64,000 nt of DNA, taken from the NCBI RefSeq assembly GCF_009914755.1, contig NC_060932.1, one strand, 5' to 3'. Shown here piece after piece: positions 15,200-31,145 of this stretch. The notes beneath the pieces are model-generated. The model did not search any database and was not told the DNA's origin. It saw only the letters and a list, made by a program, of their open reading frames with translations. The stretch comes from the human T2T-CHM13v2.0 reference genome, Homo sapiens. Both the position numbers and the translations under genes were made by a program. The first letter of the stretch is position 1. Every line of letters starts with the position of its first letter.

Positions 15200-15475
15200 T
15201 ATTTTTTTGAGACAGGGTCTCATTCTGTCACCCAGGCTAGAGTGTAGTGGCACAATCATAGCTCACTGCAGCCTCAAACTCCTGTTCTCAAGTAATCCTC
15301 CTGAGGAGGACTATTTGCCACCTCACCTGGCTAAATTTTTTTGTTTTTAAATTTTTGTAGAGACAGGGTCTTGCTGTGTTGCAAAGGGTGGTCTCTAACT
15401 CCTGGTCTTAGGTGATCCTCCCACCTTGGCCTCCTAAAACACTGGGATTACAGGTGTGAGCAGCTGCACCTGGCT
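15200..15475 (-). mobile_element. AluJ
   Basis: gagacagggtctcattctgtcacccaggct, atcatagctcactgcagcctc; TSD-like tgatagct on both sides. Confidence 0.88.
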
Positions 15476-16256
15476 GATAGCTCATTTCTGTTGTGCTAAT
15501 ATTTAATTGTCTGGATGTACTAGAGTTTATCCATTCATGTGTAAATAGGCATCTTGGTTGCTTCCAAGTGTTGGCAATTTTAAATAAAGCCGCTATATAC
15601 CTCCATCTGCAGGTTTTTGTGTGAACCTATGTTTTTGGCTTCTTTCGATAAATACTAAGGTACATGCATGACTGCCAGATCGTATGGTAAAAATGTTTAG
15701 TTCGGTAATATACCACCAGACTGTCTTCAAAGTGGCCATACAATTTTGCATTCCCACCAACAATGAGTGGGAATCCCTGTTGTTCCACATACTCACTAGC
15801 ATTTGGTGTTCTGAATTTTGGCCATTCTGATAGGTATGTAGTGGTATCTAAATGCTGTTTAAATTTAGTTTCCTGATGACATGTTCTGTGAAGCATCTTT
15901 TTATACGCTTATTTGCCATCTGTATGTCTTTGATTGAGGGGTCTGTTAAGGTCTTTGGCCCATTTTTAAAAATAGGCTTTTTAAATTGTTGAGTTTTCTT
16001 TGTATATTTTGGATAACAGTCCCCTATCAGATGTTTTGTCAGATATTTTCTCCCAGTTTTGCTTTTCTTTTTGTTCTCTTGAGTGTTTTTGTTTGCAGAA
16101 ATTTTTAATTTTAGTAAAGTCCAGCTTATCAGTTCTTTCTTTAATGGATCAAGCATTTGGTGTTAGGTGTAAAAAGTCATCAAAAAGTCAGGGTTATCTA
16201 GATTTCCTCCTGTTATCTTTTAGGAGTTTTATAGTTTTGTGTTTTGCATTAGGTCT

Positions 16257-16500
16257 TGTATTAGTTTGTTCTTGCATTGCTATAAAGAAATACCTGAGAC
16301 TGGGTAATTTATAAAGAAAAGAGGTTTAATTTGCTCACAGTTCTGCAGGCTGTACAGGAAGCGTGGTGGCATCTGCTTGGCTTCTGGGGAGGCCTCAGGA
16401 AACTTACAATTATGGCAGAAGACAAAGGGAGAGCCAGCACTTCACATGGCTGGAGCAAGAGGAAGAGAGGGAGGGTTGGGGAGGTTTCACACACTTAAAC
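16257..16500. mobile_element. MSTA/THE1-type MaLR LTR fragment
   Basis: tgtattagtttgttcttgcattgctataaagaaatacctgagactgggtaatttataaagaaaagaggtttaa. Confidence 0.88.
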
Positions 16501-17177
16501 AGCCAGCTCTTACTGAAGTATAATTTATATAATGTAACATTAAATTTATTAAGATGTATAACCATCATCATAATAAAGTTTTAGAACATTTCCATTATCC
16601 CAAAAGTTTTCTTGTGTCCATTTGTAGTTGATCCCTGCTCCTACCTACAGCCCTAGGCAACCCTGATCTGCTTTCTGTCCCTATAAATTTGCCTTTTCTG
16701 GACATTTTAATACACTGGAATCATACAATATATAGTCTTTTGCATCTGGCTTCTTTCACTTGGTGTAACATTTTGGTGTTCTTCCATGATGTAGCATATA
16801 TCAGTAGTGTTCCTTTTTATTGCTGAGGAGCATTCCATTGTATGATTATGCTACATTTTATCAATTCACCAGTTGATATGTACTTCTACTTTTTGCCTAC
16901 AGTGAATAATGCTGTTATGTACATTTAGGTACATGTATTTGTATGGACAGATGTTGTAACTGATCATTGATAGAGTCTTTAGAGTGGAATTTTTGGGTTG
17001 AATGGTAAATTTATGTTGAACAGTTCAAGAAACTCCCAAATCACTTTCTAAGTGGTTATACCGTTTTACATTCTTGTGATCGATTTGTTAGGGTTAGCGT
17101 AGCTGTGGGTTTTTCAGAGATGCCCATCATCATTTTGAGAATGATCCATTTTATTCCTAGTTTACTGAGACCTTGAA

Positions 17178-17473
<296 letters not shown>

Positions 17474-17983
17474 ATTTTATTGAAACCTTTTAAAAAATCA
17501 TGAATTGCTTGTTGATTTTATGAAATAGTTTTTTGAATATATTGACATCATGTGGTTTCTATACTTTATGCTGTTACTATTGTGTATTAAACAATTCTAT
17601 ATAATTCTTATGTATAATTAATAATCATGTGAACCTAGTATTTCTCAAATGTATCCCATTTGGTCATAGGGTGTTATCCTCTTTATATGGTGCTGGATAT
17701 GATTTGCTAAATTTTTAAAGGATTTCTGTATCCATGCTTATTGAGGGGTTTTAGTCTGTAGATTTCTTGTAGTGACTTTGTCTGCTTTTCATATCAAGTT
17801 AATGCTAGCCTCAAAGAATGAGTTGGGAAGTCTTTCATTCTGTCCTGTTTTTGTAAGTGTGTATTAGGGATTGACATTCTTTCCTTAAATGTTTGATACA
17901 GTTTACCAGTGAAGCCATGTGGAATTGGTAGAACTTTTTTGATGGAAAGTTTTTAAATTAATAATTTAATTTCTTTGTTATAG

Positions 17984-18337
<354 letters not shown>

Positions 18338-18923
18338 AGTAATTTGTATCTTTCTAGACAGTTATGTATTCATCTTGAGTTATCTAATTTGTTGGCATAA
18401 AGCTGTTCTTAACATTCCCTTTTAATCTCTTTTATTTTTGGTGAGTTAATAGTGATATTCTCTCATTCCTCATTCTGGTAATTGTGACTTATCCCTTTTT
18501 TCTGGGTTAAGCTAAAGGATTGTCAGTTTGATAATCTGTTAGAAATAATTTTTAATTTCGTTGATTTTTTTCTATCTTTTTTTTCATTTCATTGATTTCA
18601 GCTCCAATCTTTACTATTTTCTTTTTTTAATAGCTTTGTGTTTAGTTTTATCTTATTATTTCTCATCTTAACGCTAAAACTTAGATTATTGATTTGAGAA
18701 ATTTATTCCTGTATGATGTGGGCATTTAATGCTATAAATGTCTTTTTAACCACTACTGAAGCTGCATCCCAGAAATTGTGATATGTTTACATTTTTTATT
18801 TTCTTTAAAGTGTTCTGTTATTTTCCTTATGATTTCTTCTTTGGGCCCTGGGTTATTTAGAAATATGTTGTTTAACTTCCAAATATTTTACAATTTCATA
18901 GATTTCTTTTTGTTGCTGATTTC

Positions 18924-20107
<1,184 letters not shown>

Positions 20108-20401
20108 TCATTCTTTTAAATTTATTAAGACTTTTTTTAACGTCTAGCATATGGTCTGTTTGGGAGATTGTTGCGTAGGCACTTGAACGTGTATTCTGCA
20201 ATTCTTGGCTGCAGCATTCTATTAATATATATGCCAGTTACGTTGAGTTGGTTGATAATCCTGTTCATTTCTTCTATCACCTTATTGAGTTTCTGTCTAA
20301 TTATTCTATCAATTATGGAGAGCAGGGTATTGAAATCTTCAAGTGTTATTTTTTAGTTGTCTATTTTAGCATTTAAATTCTGTCAGTTTTTGGTTCATGT
20401 A

Positions 20402-20778
20402 CAGTCATGAGTCACTTAACAATATGTTCTGAGAAATGCATCATTATGCAATTTCCTTGTTGTGCAAACATCATAGAATATACATATACAAAGCTAGATA
20501 ACATAGCCTACTCTACATTTAGGCTATAGCCCATCTGTGGTATAACATATTGCTCTTAGGCTACAAACCTGTACAGAATGGAACTGTACTGAATACTGTA
20601 GGCAATTGTAAGTTTTGGTAAGTATTAATTGTTAATAATGGTAAGTATTTTTTATTTTATCTCAAACATATCTAAACATAGAAAAGGCACAATAGAAGTA
20701 TGGTATTAGAATCATATGGGACCACCATTGTGTATGCAGTCTGTCATTAAGTGAAACATTGTTATGTAGCTCATGATG
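20402..20778. mobile_element. Tigger3-like (TcMar) DNA transposon relic
   Basis: TA followed by cagtcatgagtcacttaac...ttctgagaaatgcatc; degenerate opposite terminus near 20750-20778. Confidence 0.75.
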
Positions 20779-23082
20779 TATTTTGAGATTCTGTTGTTAG
20801 ATGTATATGTACCTATAGTTGTTAGGTTTTACTAAAAAGTTGACCCTGTTTATTATTATGCAATATCTGTCTCTGTAATATTTCTTGTCTTAAATCAGTT
20901 TTTATCTGTTATTAATTATAGCTACTTCAGCTTTCTTATGGTTGTGGTTTAATAGTATACCTTTTTCCAGCTTTTTACTTTAAACTTACTTTTGGTTTTG
21001 AATGAAAGTGTTTCTAGTTTAAACAGTATTTTGTTAATCTTGCTATTTAATGCAGTCTGACAATCTCTGATTTTTAAATGGGGCTTTTAACATTTCCATT
21101 TAGTGTAATAATAATATATTTGAACTCACTTGGTAATTTGCTATTTGTTGTCTGTTGTTCCTGTCTTTTTTGTTACTCTGTTCCCCTTTTACTACTTTAT
21201 GTGCTTTATATCTGTATTTTAGTGTACCATTTAATTTTCTCTATTCATTTTTGTACTATGTATATTTTTAATGGTGGCTCTCGGAGCTGTATTATGATTT
21301 GAATTTACATTCTACCTCAGTTAAACTCCTAAATTAATTCTGGTAAATTATGGAAAATTTGTTCTAATTTATATCTAATCTTTATCCCCCTTATTGACAC
21401 ATATATCTACATATAATATAACCCAATGTTACAGTTACAGTGTTATAATTATTGTTGTATATATTCAGTAGCATTTTCAAGTACTTAAGAGAAGAAATGA
21501 TGAATACTATATCTGTAGAGTCTTTCATATAACCCACATATTTGTCATACCCAGTGCTCTTCATTTCTTTCTGTACATTGGAGTTAACACCTGAAAGATT
21601 GCAGGACAAGGTATTTCTGGTAAGGAAGGTCTGCCACCATTGAATAATCTGAGTGCCTGTTTACGAGAGAACATCTTTGTTTCACTTTTAGTTTTGAAGG
21701 ATAGTTTTGCTGGGTATAAAATTATTGGTTGACTGTTTTGTTTTTTTTTTCTTCCTTGGTAGTGTTATCAGTTTCCACTGATAGTGTTGCTGAGTGTGGA
21801 CATTGTTCACCACTCCAAATCAAGTGACCTCTCTTTGATCATGGCAGCAATGCCACCAGTCCTCATAGTTGTGCTAGTGGAACCTCCTCTGTGGTAGAGA
21901 TAGAAATGACTTCATGCAAGAACATCACAGATTCTCACTCTTCGTATCCTAAGTTCAACAGTTCTTCAAGCATAAATGCTTTTCTCATTCTTTCAATCCC
22001 AGAGTGCTGAAATGGTTGTGTTTTTTGTTAAATGTTGTATCAACTGTATCTAGCTTTGCAGTTTATTTTTGGAAAGAGGATTTTAAAAAACCTCCTTATT
22101 TGGCCATAACTGCAAGTCTAACCCAAATCCTCTTCTTTTCTCAAGCTACTTCATGTATTACTAGTTTTTTTTTTTTAAATATTTAGCCTGGAAATGATTG
22201 CATTTCACTATCTCCTTAGATTGGCCCCATTACGAGTAAGGAAATGCAATGCATTATGACCTATGCAGAAAGAATTACTGGTGACTGCTTTATACTTAAG
22301 ACAACTGTGAGTGTGGTAGACAGTTTGTGCAATAAATAGCACAAATGTGTGATTACATACTCTCTCAGATTTTCATTTTCATGAAATGAAGTTCAGCTTT
22401 GAATCATTCCAACTCTTTGACATCTGAGCTTTTCTTCTTACATTCCTGACAATATTTAGGAAAATTACTTGTGACTTTCATTAATGATCTTGCAAGCTTT
22501 TCTAACTTATTTAATGTCTTTGCATTCCTTATAGTAGCTAGATAAATTTTTTTTTTACCGATTTCTTTAAGGTTATCTAATTGTTTTCCCTACTTAACAG
22601 GCAACATTCATATTACTTTAATGGAAGTCAGTGAAAGCATTGACAATTTCTCATCCAGACCCATCACATTCCTAATAAAGAGCCTTTGCAATTCTCCTAG
22701 AATGTTTCTCTTCCAAATAGTCCCACAGCTCACTCTCTGAAGAATTACACTTTTTCAGAAAGGCCTTACTGGAGTATCCTATTTTAAAATGACACCACCA
22801 TCAGCTAGTGTCCCATTACTCTGCTAATTGTTCTCCAGAGCTTTTATCAACATTGACATAAACTAAATATCAGTTAATAGTTGGTTATCTTTCTTTCTAC
22901 CACTAGAATGCAAGCTCTATGAAAACAATGAGTACGTATTGCTCAGTGCTCTGTCCCTAGATCCTAGAATGAGGTCACATAATTTTAGCTCAGAATATTG
23001 GTTCAACAAAAGAATCTGCCTTACTAGAAGCAATCTTTATACTGCTGCCAATGCTTAAGACCCAGCCGTTTTTACTCATTCA

Positions 23083-23205
23083 TTCCCCTCCCTCCCTTCC
23101 TTCCTTCCTTTCTTCCTTCCTTCCTTCCAACTTCCTTCCTTCCTTTCCTAACTCTCCCTTCCTCCCTCCCTTTCTCCCTCCCTCCCTCCCTCCATCTCTT
23201 CCTTT
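23083..23205. repeat. (CCTT)n/(CCCT)n polypyrimidine tract
   Basis: Read directly. Confidence 0.9.
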
Positions 23206-23656
23206 TGTGTACTGTATGCTATGCACTGTGTTTTTAGAGAACTTGCTTATAAACTCTTTATTTTCTCCATGGTGGCATGTAAGAATATCAAGATATCTTT
23301 TCATCTTGTCCAATCAAGATAACAAACTTTTTGGTTGTCAAATCGATTAGAACTTTTTTTTTATTCTTGACATCATTGGTTGATTCCTTCTTAAATACCT
23401 TTCTAACTTCTGGATAACCACTCTCTTTTGGTTTTCTGTGGATCTTGGCCATTCTTTCTGAACGTTCTTCATGGGCTGTTTTTCCCTTTCCTCTACCTTT
23501 CTCTTAAATACAGGTATTCTTCCTATGTACAGCTTTCCTAAACTTTAGCTATCATCTTTCACTGATAGTTTACAGATCTCTAAGATTTTCACATACCTGA
23601 CTTCTTTGTTCCTTTCTTATATGCCCAGATACCCATTTTAGCTATACCTATATTAA

Positions 23657-24023
23657 TGTTAAGGATTGAATATTTGTGTTCCCTCAAATTCATATGTTGA
23701 GCCCTTAACATCCAATGTGATGTTTATGAGGTGGGGCATTTAGGAGGTAATTAGGTTTCTGTGACATCATGAGGTTGGAGCCAGTGGGATTAGTACCTTA
23801 AGATGAAGAGGAAGAAATACCAGAGCTTCCTCTCTCTTGGTCGTGTGAGAACACGGCAAGAAGGTTATCTAATTGTTTTCCAGCCTCAAAGAGTGTTCTT
23901 ACCAGGAACCAGATCTGCCAGCACCTTGATACTAGAACTCCCAGAGCTCTTAGAGATGGATGTCTATTGTTTAAGCCACTAGTCTATGGTATTGTGTTAT
24001 AACAGCCTATGCTGACCAAGACA
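23657..24023 (+). mobile_element. MaLR solo LTR (MLT1A/MST-type)
   Basis: tgttaaggattgaatatttgtgttccctcaaattcatatgttga ... gtctatggtattgtgttataacagcc...accaagaca. Confidence 0.85.
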
Positions 24024-24631
24024 GCTATCCATTCCATGGCACTGATGTTACCGATAGGATCTTGTCTTATAGAGAGTAGTAGGAGTCTTCAATACCAATT
24101 TACCCTAAGTCACACACTGTTATAATATTCACATTTTTAGCAAAACTATAGGGTAACTACTAATACCTTTGTTGTTGGAAGGGCAATGCTATTCTTTTCA
24201 GTCCCTTCTTCTTTTAAAAGCAGTGATTATTCTAGTTTTGCATTGTTTACAATTGAAATAATGTTTTAGAGAATCTTAGAGTATTATATTTCTTTATGAA
24301 TAATGAAATGTTGACAAACAAGTCACGATTAATCCAGTAGTGACTTTCAGAAGTAAATAATAGTTTTATTAGTAACATAGATTTCTATATGTAAAATGTT
24401 TTTCACAAATTTGAAATCAATTATCTCTTAATACTATTATCATTATTATTACATTTTGTACATGCAGTTCATTTCACATTTCCTAACACAAAACAGTATT
24501 CCAAACGTAGAATTTTAGTTACAGAGCAAATAAAACTGAAGGTTGCTCATTTTCATTTCCTTTCTTTCTATGCCTTTCAACTGTCTTCCTCTTCTATGAA
24601 GATGGACTAGATATCATTTATAATGTCTTGA

Positions 24632-25003
<372 letters not shown>

Positions 25004-27714
25004 TAACTGTCTTTAAATAAGTTAAATGCTAACTAGTTTGGAGTAATAAACACTCTCAGCAATTTTGGCCTATTTATGTTTGTAGTACATCTTTCTCTCG
25101 AGTGTTATACTCACAATAGGTGGTAGAATGTTCCTGGTTATACTGGTTCATATTTGAAATACAGACCTGCCTGAGTCATACTGGTTTTTTGAATGTAAGA
25201 GAAAAAACTGGGAGAAGAGGAAGGCATTTTTGTTGTTGTTTCTTTTGACAAACATTCAGTGACTAAGGTAATGAAAACAAAGAAAACTGAGGAAAGTATC
25301 TCCAGTATTGACCAGCATTCTTTCCACATTTGCTAAATAGATATTTGTAAGGTGATTCAAACTGGCCTCAAGTACATACACTTTTTCCTGTAGTGTAGTA
25401 GAGTGTTTTTTGAAAGGAAAAGACTGATTATCTTTCCAGAATATTGATTCCTACCCAAAAAGATTCAGGGTCATAAATTATATTTCTGTGATAAGGATTT
25501 GTATAAATAGTCATTGTTCACTAACCGCAACATTGACAAAAACGTTTTTTATGTCTATATTATTAAAATTATTTTTGTGTCATGTAAACCATAATCTTTT
25601 GATTATAGCATGGTATGATATCAGCAACATGTGATACAATATAAAGAAATCCCCTGTAATTTTCTTTTTAAGTTTCACTCATTTGTAAGTTTAATATGTT
25701 CCTTTGGGGACCTCCTCCCTGCTCCACCCCTTGGCGTTGACACATGTAACGCATAGTCTCACTGGTTGTTCTTTATTTATTCATTTTGTCCCAAAGCTTT
25801 CTGTCATATTCACTTTCTTTCACATTATTTGGTCTGAATTACATCAGTGTTTGGTCATCATTTTCTTGAGAATTGTTTTGTTTGTATTCTTTTCTCTAAT
25901 GATAATATAGAGGGGTAACAAATTCACATACAAAGAGATTCTCAATCTTCCTGCCTTGTTCTTTTTTTCTTATTCTTTAGACATTTTGCTTGAAAATTTT
26001 TTAATTCTGCCGGCAATATTTTCTCTAAAATGAAAGACTTAGATTATAGCATTACAACTTTCCAAGTAAAATAAAAATCTTAATCTTGAAGGTCAGCCCA
26101 GATTGATAGAAAGCTATATGAAGTTCTCAGAATAGTATGTGGTTCTGGCCAGTCATGGATGTCTGAACATATTTTATGGAGTGCCCAGAACATTATTTTG
26201 CCAGTATTATAAGTAGATAAGGTGTTTTCATTCTGGTGTGTGTGTGTGAAAGGAATACTTGTGCAGTTAATGTGTTTTGTGAATTTTTCTCACAGTGGGA
26301 AATTGTGGAATTTTTGTCATTGCATGTTAAAATTTCATCTTCTAGGTATAGTGTGCTTTTTAAAACAATCTGTATGCTAAATAAATGGACATGAAGTGTA
26401 GTACCTTGAAAGGTTTTTTTTTTTTTTTTAGGAGTTAGGGTATGATATGCTCAATTTCAATTTCCTAATCTGATTCCAAAGAAGACGCAGAAATATAACT
26501 GTGATAGTACCAATGTTATTTGGGATTTTTAAAAATTTAACAAATTTTAATCTGGTGCCCTTCCATCCAGCATAACCACCATTTAGCATTTCTTGGATAC
26601 AATAGGATTTGAAAAAATATATATAGCTCACTACCAGCTTTAAAATATATAATCCGAACTCAGTCCAAAATATTTTAAGACAAATTTGGCAGAGCCTTTA
26701 TTTTTTAAATAGCATGGAATTTGATGTAGGTTTTAAAATAATTTTAGAATTAGTTACAGATGATTTAGTTTGTCATTCTTCCTAGGGGGAAAAATATTTT
26801 AAATCTTAAGACAGACAAAGTACCATAGTGCTGACCACATATTATTATGCAGTTATCATTGTTTCCAGTCAAGTTATTGTGAACTATGTTGCTAGGTTTA
26901 TTTTATTATGCAAGTCTCACTTTCAAAGTTTCTAATTTTATAATAATTTTATTAACTATATTTGGTCAAGACATTTTTAATGTTCAAACTTATAAGAATG
27001 TATCTTCTGGTACCTACTGAATATTGAATATATATTTAGACTCCTCTAAAATATTTGTAGTATGATCTACCTAGTAATTCACTTGGTATTTTTTCTTCAG
27101 TGAAAAAACAAGGGAAGACCATGAGTGCAGTGTGATCTCTGATCTCATCTCTGCCTGGGCACATCCATCACCCATAGGGGAAAAAATATATATGAAGGAA
27201 ATATAACTAAGTGTTAATATTATTTATTATTGGGGGTGGCAAAATAGAAGGTAAATTATGAATGGTTTTGATATTTTCTTCTTTATATGTTTCCCAATTT
27301 ATCTGCAGTATGGCATCTATTACCTCTCTAATTAGAAAATAAATGTCCTCAATTTGTTCTAAAATAATTGAATTACTAAAAATGATGTTCATGTTATACT
27401 CTCTGTACTGACAAGCACTAGTAGAATTGTAAAGTCCAAAATACAAATGATATAAAATTGATATCACCATAATAAATGTTTAAAAATATTCTAATACTAA
27501 ATGGACTTTTTAAGAGTTCAAAAATTACTTTTCTATATTTACAAGAAATAAATGGCTTTATCTCAAATGTTTATATTAATAAATTAATTTTACCTGAGAT
27601 AAGTCAGTAAAAGCTCAAAGTATAAAAAGGGAATTTTGCTTTTAATCCTGAAATTTATGAATGCCAATTTTTTATCAAGTGCATTTTATTTAAAAATAAC
27701 TCAAATGTAAGAAT

Positions 27715-27860
27715 AATCTAGGGAACATATCAAAATTCATGCTGGGTCGTACCATCAGAGATTTTGATTAAGAAGGTCTAAAGTCCTAGGAACCTGTGTT
27801 TTAAACCAGCATCCCACATGAATTCTGAGGCAGGTGATCCAACAGACCATATTAGATTGT
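27715..27860. mobile_element. MER5A-like fragment
   Basis: ctaggaacctgtgttttaaaccagcatcccacatgaattctgaggcagg. Confidence 0.55.
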
Positions 27861-27932
27861 TTATTCTTTTCCTGTCTCATTCCATGGCAAGATCTATGGT
27901 CATTTTCAGTACCATAGATAAAATCAGGATTC

Positions 27933-28066
27933 AAGTTGAATCTGTTCCTCTACATTCTATCAGGCAGAGCTGCCATAACAAAGTACCATAAACTGGGTGG
28001 CTTAAAGCAACAGAAACATATTGTCTCAAAGTTCTTGGAGGCTACAGTCCAAAATCAAGGTATCAG
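27933..28066 (-). repeat. Inverted copy of 31035-31168 (MLT1 3' end plus flank)
   Basis: 130/134 identical to the reverse complement; also shown by the shared peptide in ORFs 27936(+) and 31007(-). Confidence 0.95.
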
Positions 28067-28421
28067 ATCACATTTATGTAATGTGATCTGTTTTCTCTGG
28101 CCTCCAGGGTTTGCATACGTCCCCAACAGTTTCACAATACAACCAACTAGGGTAAGGGAAGAAGAAGTTAGAACTTTTATTTTTATTTTTATCCCATATA
28201 TTTAATTTCTGTTAATGTACGGTTTATAGTGTATATAATTACTGACAGAATTTTCAGTAGCATGTAAATTGTTTAGCACCGTGGTCTCAGGAATACTATA
28301 TTCACTTTTTATGATGCAGTATTAGTCATAAATGTTAAATGTTTTACATTTTACTATCAAGTGAAAATTAATTGTCTTTTTGTTTGTGTGCTTCCCTATT
28401 CCCTTTTATCCCCTATATCAG

Positions 28422-28642
28422 GTGATGCTTTTCCTTGGACGATCAGCTTGCATAATTTCAGCATATATACCCTTCTTGGAAAACAAGTGACACTTTGCCT
28501 AGTGGAACCTATGGGTTGCACCTCCACTCTAGCTGTCACGTCTCAAAAACTGCTTGCTACGGGACCTGATACACGACATTCATTTGTTGTCTGTCTCCAT
28601 GTTGACCTAGAGTCACTAGAGATAAAATGCTCTAATCCCCAG
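28422..28642 (+). CDS. VPS13B: VPS13B internal coding exon (221 bp, phase 1 to 0; probably exon 24)
   Basis: Acceptor ccctatatcag|GTGATGCT and donor CCCCAG|gttggt. Encodes (G)DAFPWTISLHNFSIYTLLGKQVTLCLVEPMGCTSTLAVTSQKLLATGPDTRHSFVVCLHVDLESLEIKCSNPQ. Confidence 0.96.
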
Positions 28643-29011
28643 GTTGGTACATTTGATTTATGAAAGGAAATTTAAAGTAATGTGATTTAAAAGCAACTGT
28701 TATCCATTTTGTTGAAGGGTTTCTCTTCTCTTGAGTATCCTAAATTATTTTTAACTTGGCCATCAAGATCAGGGTGGTTAGATTAAGAATTGCTTTGAAG
28801 CTCTCTCAAGTTGTGTAATTTAAACTCTTCTGAAAATGTAGTGGTGGCAGTACAAATGTATCTTTTGGCTGATGGAATGAAATCAGTTGCAGATGTAATG
28901 TTTTTAAACACTGAAGAACTATTTTACTGTCAGACTGGAAGAGTCTGTTGAACTGATCGAGTGTAATTTTCATTCAGATTCTCACTCAGAACTTCTTTGC
29001 TTATCATGCAA

Positions 29012-29297
29012 TTTTTTTATTATTATACTTTAACTTCTAGGATACATGTGCACAACGTGCAGATTTGTCACATATGTATACATGTGCCTTGTTGGCGTGC
29101 TGCACCCGTTAACTCATCATTTACATTAGGTATATCTCCTAATGCTATCCCCCGACCCCCCAGCCCACGACAGGCCTGAGTGTGTGATGTTCCCCACCCT
29201 GTGTCCAAGTGTTCTCATTGTTCAATTCCCACCTGTGAGTGAGAACATGCAGTGTTTGGTTTTCTGTCCTTGCAATAATTTGCTCAGAATGATGGTT
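29012..29297 (-). mobile_element. L1PA 3' end fragment (PA4-PA5-like)
   Basis: tattatactttaacttctaggatacatgtgcacaacgtgcag ... gagtgagaacatgc. Confidence 0.92.
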
Positions 29298-29577
29298 AGT
29301 CTATTTGAGGGTAAATAAACAAGGGTTAAATTGTATGCAACTAATTATTTGTGCAAACCCAGGTGATGTGAATTCATATTAAACTGTAAAATTACAAGAT
29401 ACAGCATGATTGGTCTATGACACCTGAAATCTTTTTCTTTTTAAAAATATTATTTTTAAAAAGAAATATTAAAAAAAATTTAAATATTATTTTTTAAAAA
29501 CATTATTTGTTATATTTGTTATATTAATTGTTATAAGCCAATTTTTAAGAGTACTTTTTTAAGTAGGTTCAAGTTAG

Positions 29578-29737
29578 TTGAGCTTGATGGCACATGCCTA
29601 TAGTCCCAGCTACTCAGGAGGCTGAGGCAGGAGGATCCTTGAGCCCAGAAGTTAGAGGCTGTAGTGTGCTATGATTGCACCCAGGAATAGCCACTGCACT
29701 CCAGCCTGGGCAATAAAGCAAGACTCTTTCTCTTAAA
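29578..29737 (+). mobile_element. FAM (fossil Alu monomer)
   Basis: Monomer retaining the extra 7SL-derived segment gaatagccactgcactccagcctgggc. Confidence 0.75.
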
Positions 29738-29755
29738 ATTTTTTGTTTTGTTTTA

Positions 29756-29909
29756 ATTCACTTTTTATGAAGCAGTATTAATCATAAATGTTAAATGTTT
29801 TACATTTTATTATCACGTGACAATTAACTGTATTTTTGTTTGTGTGCTTCCCTACTCCATTTCCTCCCCTATATCAAGTGATACTTCTCTTTGGACTATC
29901 AGCTTGCAT
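29756..29909 (+). pseudogene. Decayed copy of the acceptor region and first 32 nt of the 221-bp VPS13B exon
   Basis: Ungapped alignment to 28300-28453 with ~16 mismatches in 154 bp. Confidence 0.92.
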
Positions 29910-30162
29910 TCCATATTTTATAGAGCGTCTTTTTTGAAACCATCCTCATCCTTTCTTTTCTTCTTGCCTCCTTCTCCCTACTATATACTATACTGTTTGA
30001 TTTAACTTTTATATTTGAAAAGATTAGACCTAATAATATATTGGTAAGAGTCTTATTATAAAAATGCATTTAATTGGAATTATGACAAGGCAGCTTTATT
30101 AAAAGAACACTGTCATAAAAACTTAAGAACTCATCTTCCACTACAGTAAACATTATTTCATG

Positions 30163-30477
30163 TTTTCTTTCTTTCCTTTTTTTTTTTTTTTTTTGACACA
30201 GGGTCTTACTTGGTCCCCCAGGCTGAAGTGCAGTGGTGCAATCACAGCTCATGCAGCCTCAAACTCCTAGGTTCAAGCAGTCATCCCATTTGAACCTTCT
30301 GAGTAGCTGGGACTATAGACACATGCCACCATGACCAGCTAATTTATTTCATTTTTATTTTTTTGTAGAACAGGGTCTCGCTTTGTTGTCTGGGATGATC
30401 TTGAACTCCTGGCTTCAAGCGATCCTTCTGCTTCAGCCTCTCAAAGTGCCGGGATTACATGGTGTGAGCACCATGCC
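30163..30477 (-). mobile_element. AluJ
   Basis: Poly-T, gtgcagtggtgcaatcacagctc, aactcctggcttcaagcgatcc. Confidence 0.88.
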
Positions 30478-30676
30478 ATAAGGTCATTTATTTTAGAATC
30501 AGTAGTGAATACTTTTGAATGACACTAAATATTTCAGTTTAATGGCTATTTGCCTTTCTATTATACCCATAGTGATATAGAAGAAAATAATTATGAAATG
30601 ACTATCTTCTTTGAGATTACTCTTTGAGTGCTGCTGCTAATGGTTGCTTTAAAGTGTTTTTAAAAGGAAAGGAAAC

Positions 30677-31145
30677 TGTTATGGATTGAATTGTGTCCCC
30701 GCAAAAATATATGTTGAAGTTCTAACCTTGTGTATCTCAGATATAACCTTATTTGGTTATAGGTTTGTAACAGAAGTAAGTTAAAATGAAGTCATTAGGA
30801 TGACCCAATGTGACTGGTATCCTTATAAAATAGAAAAATTTGGACATAGACACATACAAAGGGAAGATGATGTAAAGATACACATGGAGATTGTCATGTG
30901 AACATGGAAGCAAAGATTGAACTAGTGGAGCTGTAAGCCAAGGAGCACCCAAGATGGATAGTTCCCACCAGAAGAAGCTAGGCAGAGAGCCAAGGAAGGA
31001 TTGTACTCAGAATCTCAGAGGTTGCATGGCCCTACTGATACCTTGATTTTGGACTGTAGCCTCCAAGAACTTTGAGACAATATGTTTCTGTTGTTTTAAG
31101 CCACCGAGTTTATGGTACTTTGTTATGGCGGCTCTGCCTGATAGA
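30677..31145 (+). mobile_element. MLT1 (MLT1B/C-like) solo LTR
   Basis: tgttatggattgaattgtgtcccc ... ttttaagccaccgagtttatggtactttgttatggc. Confidence 0.88.
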
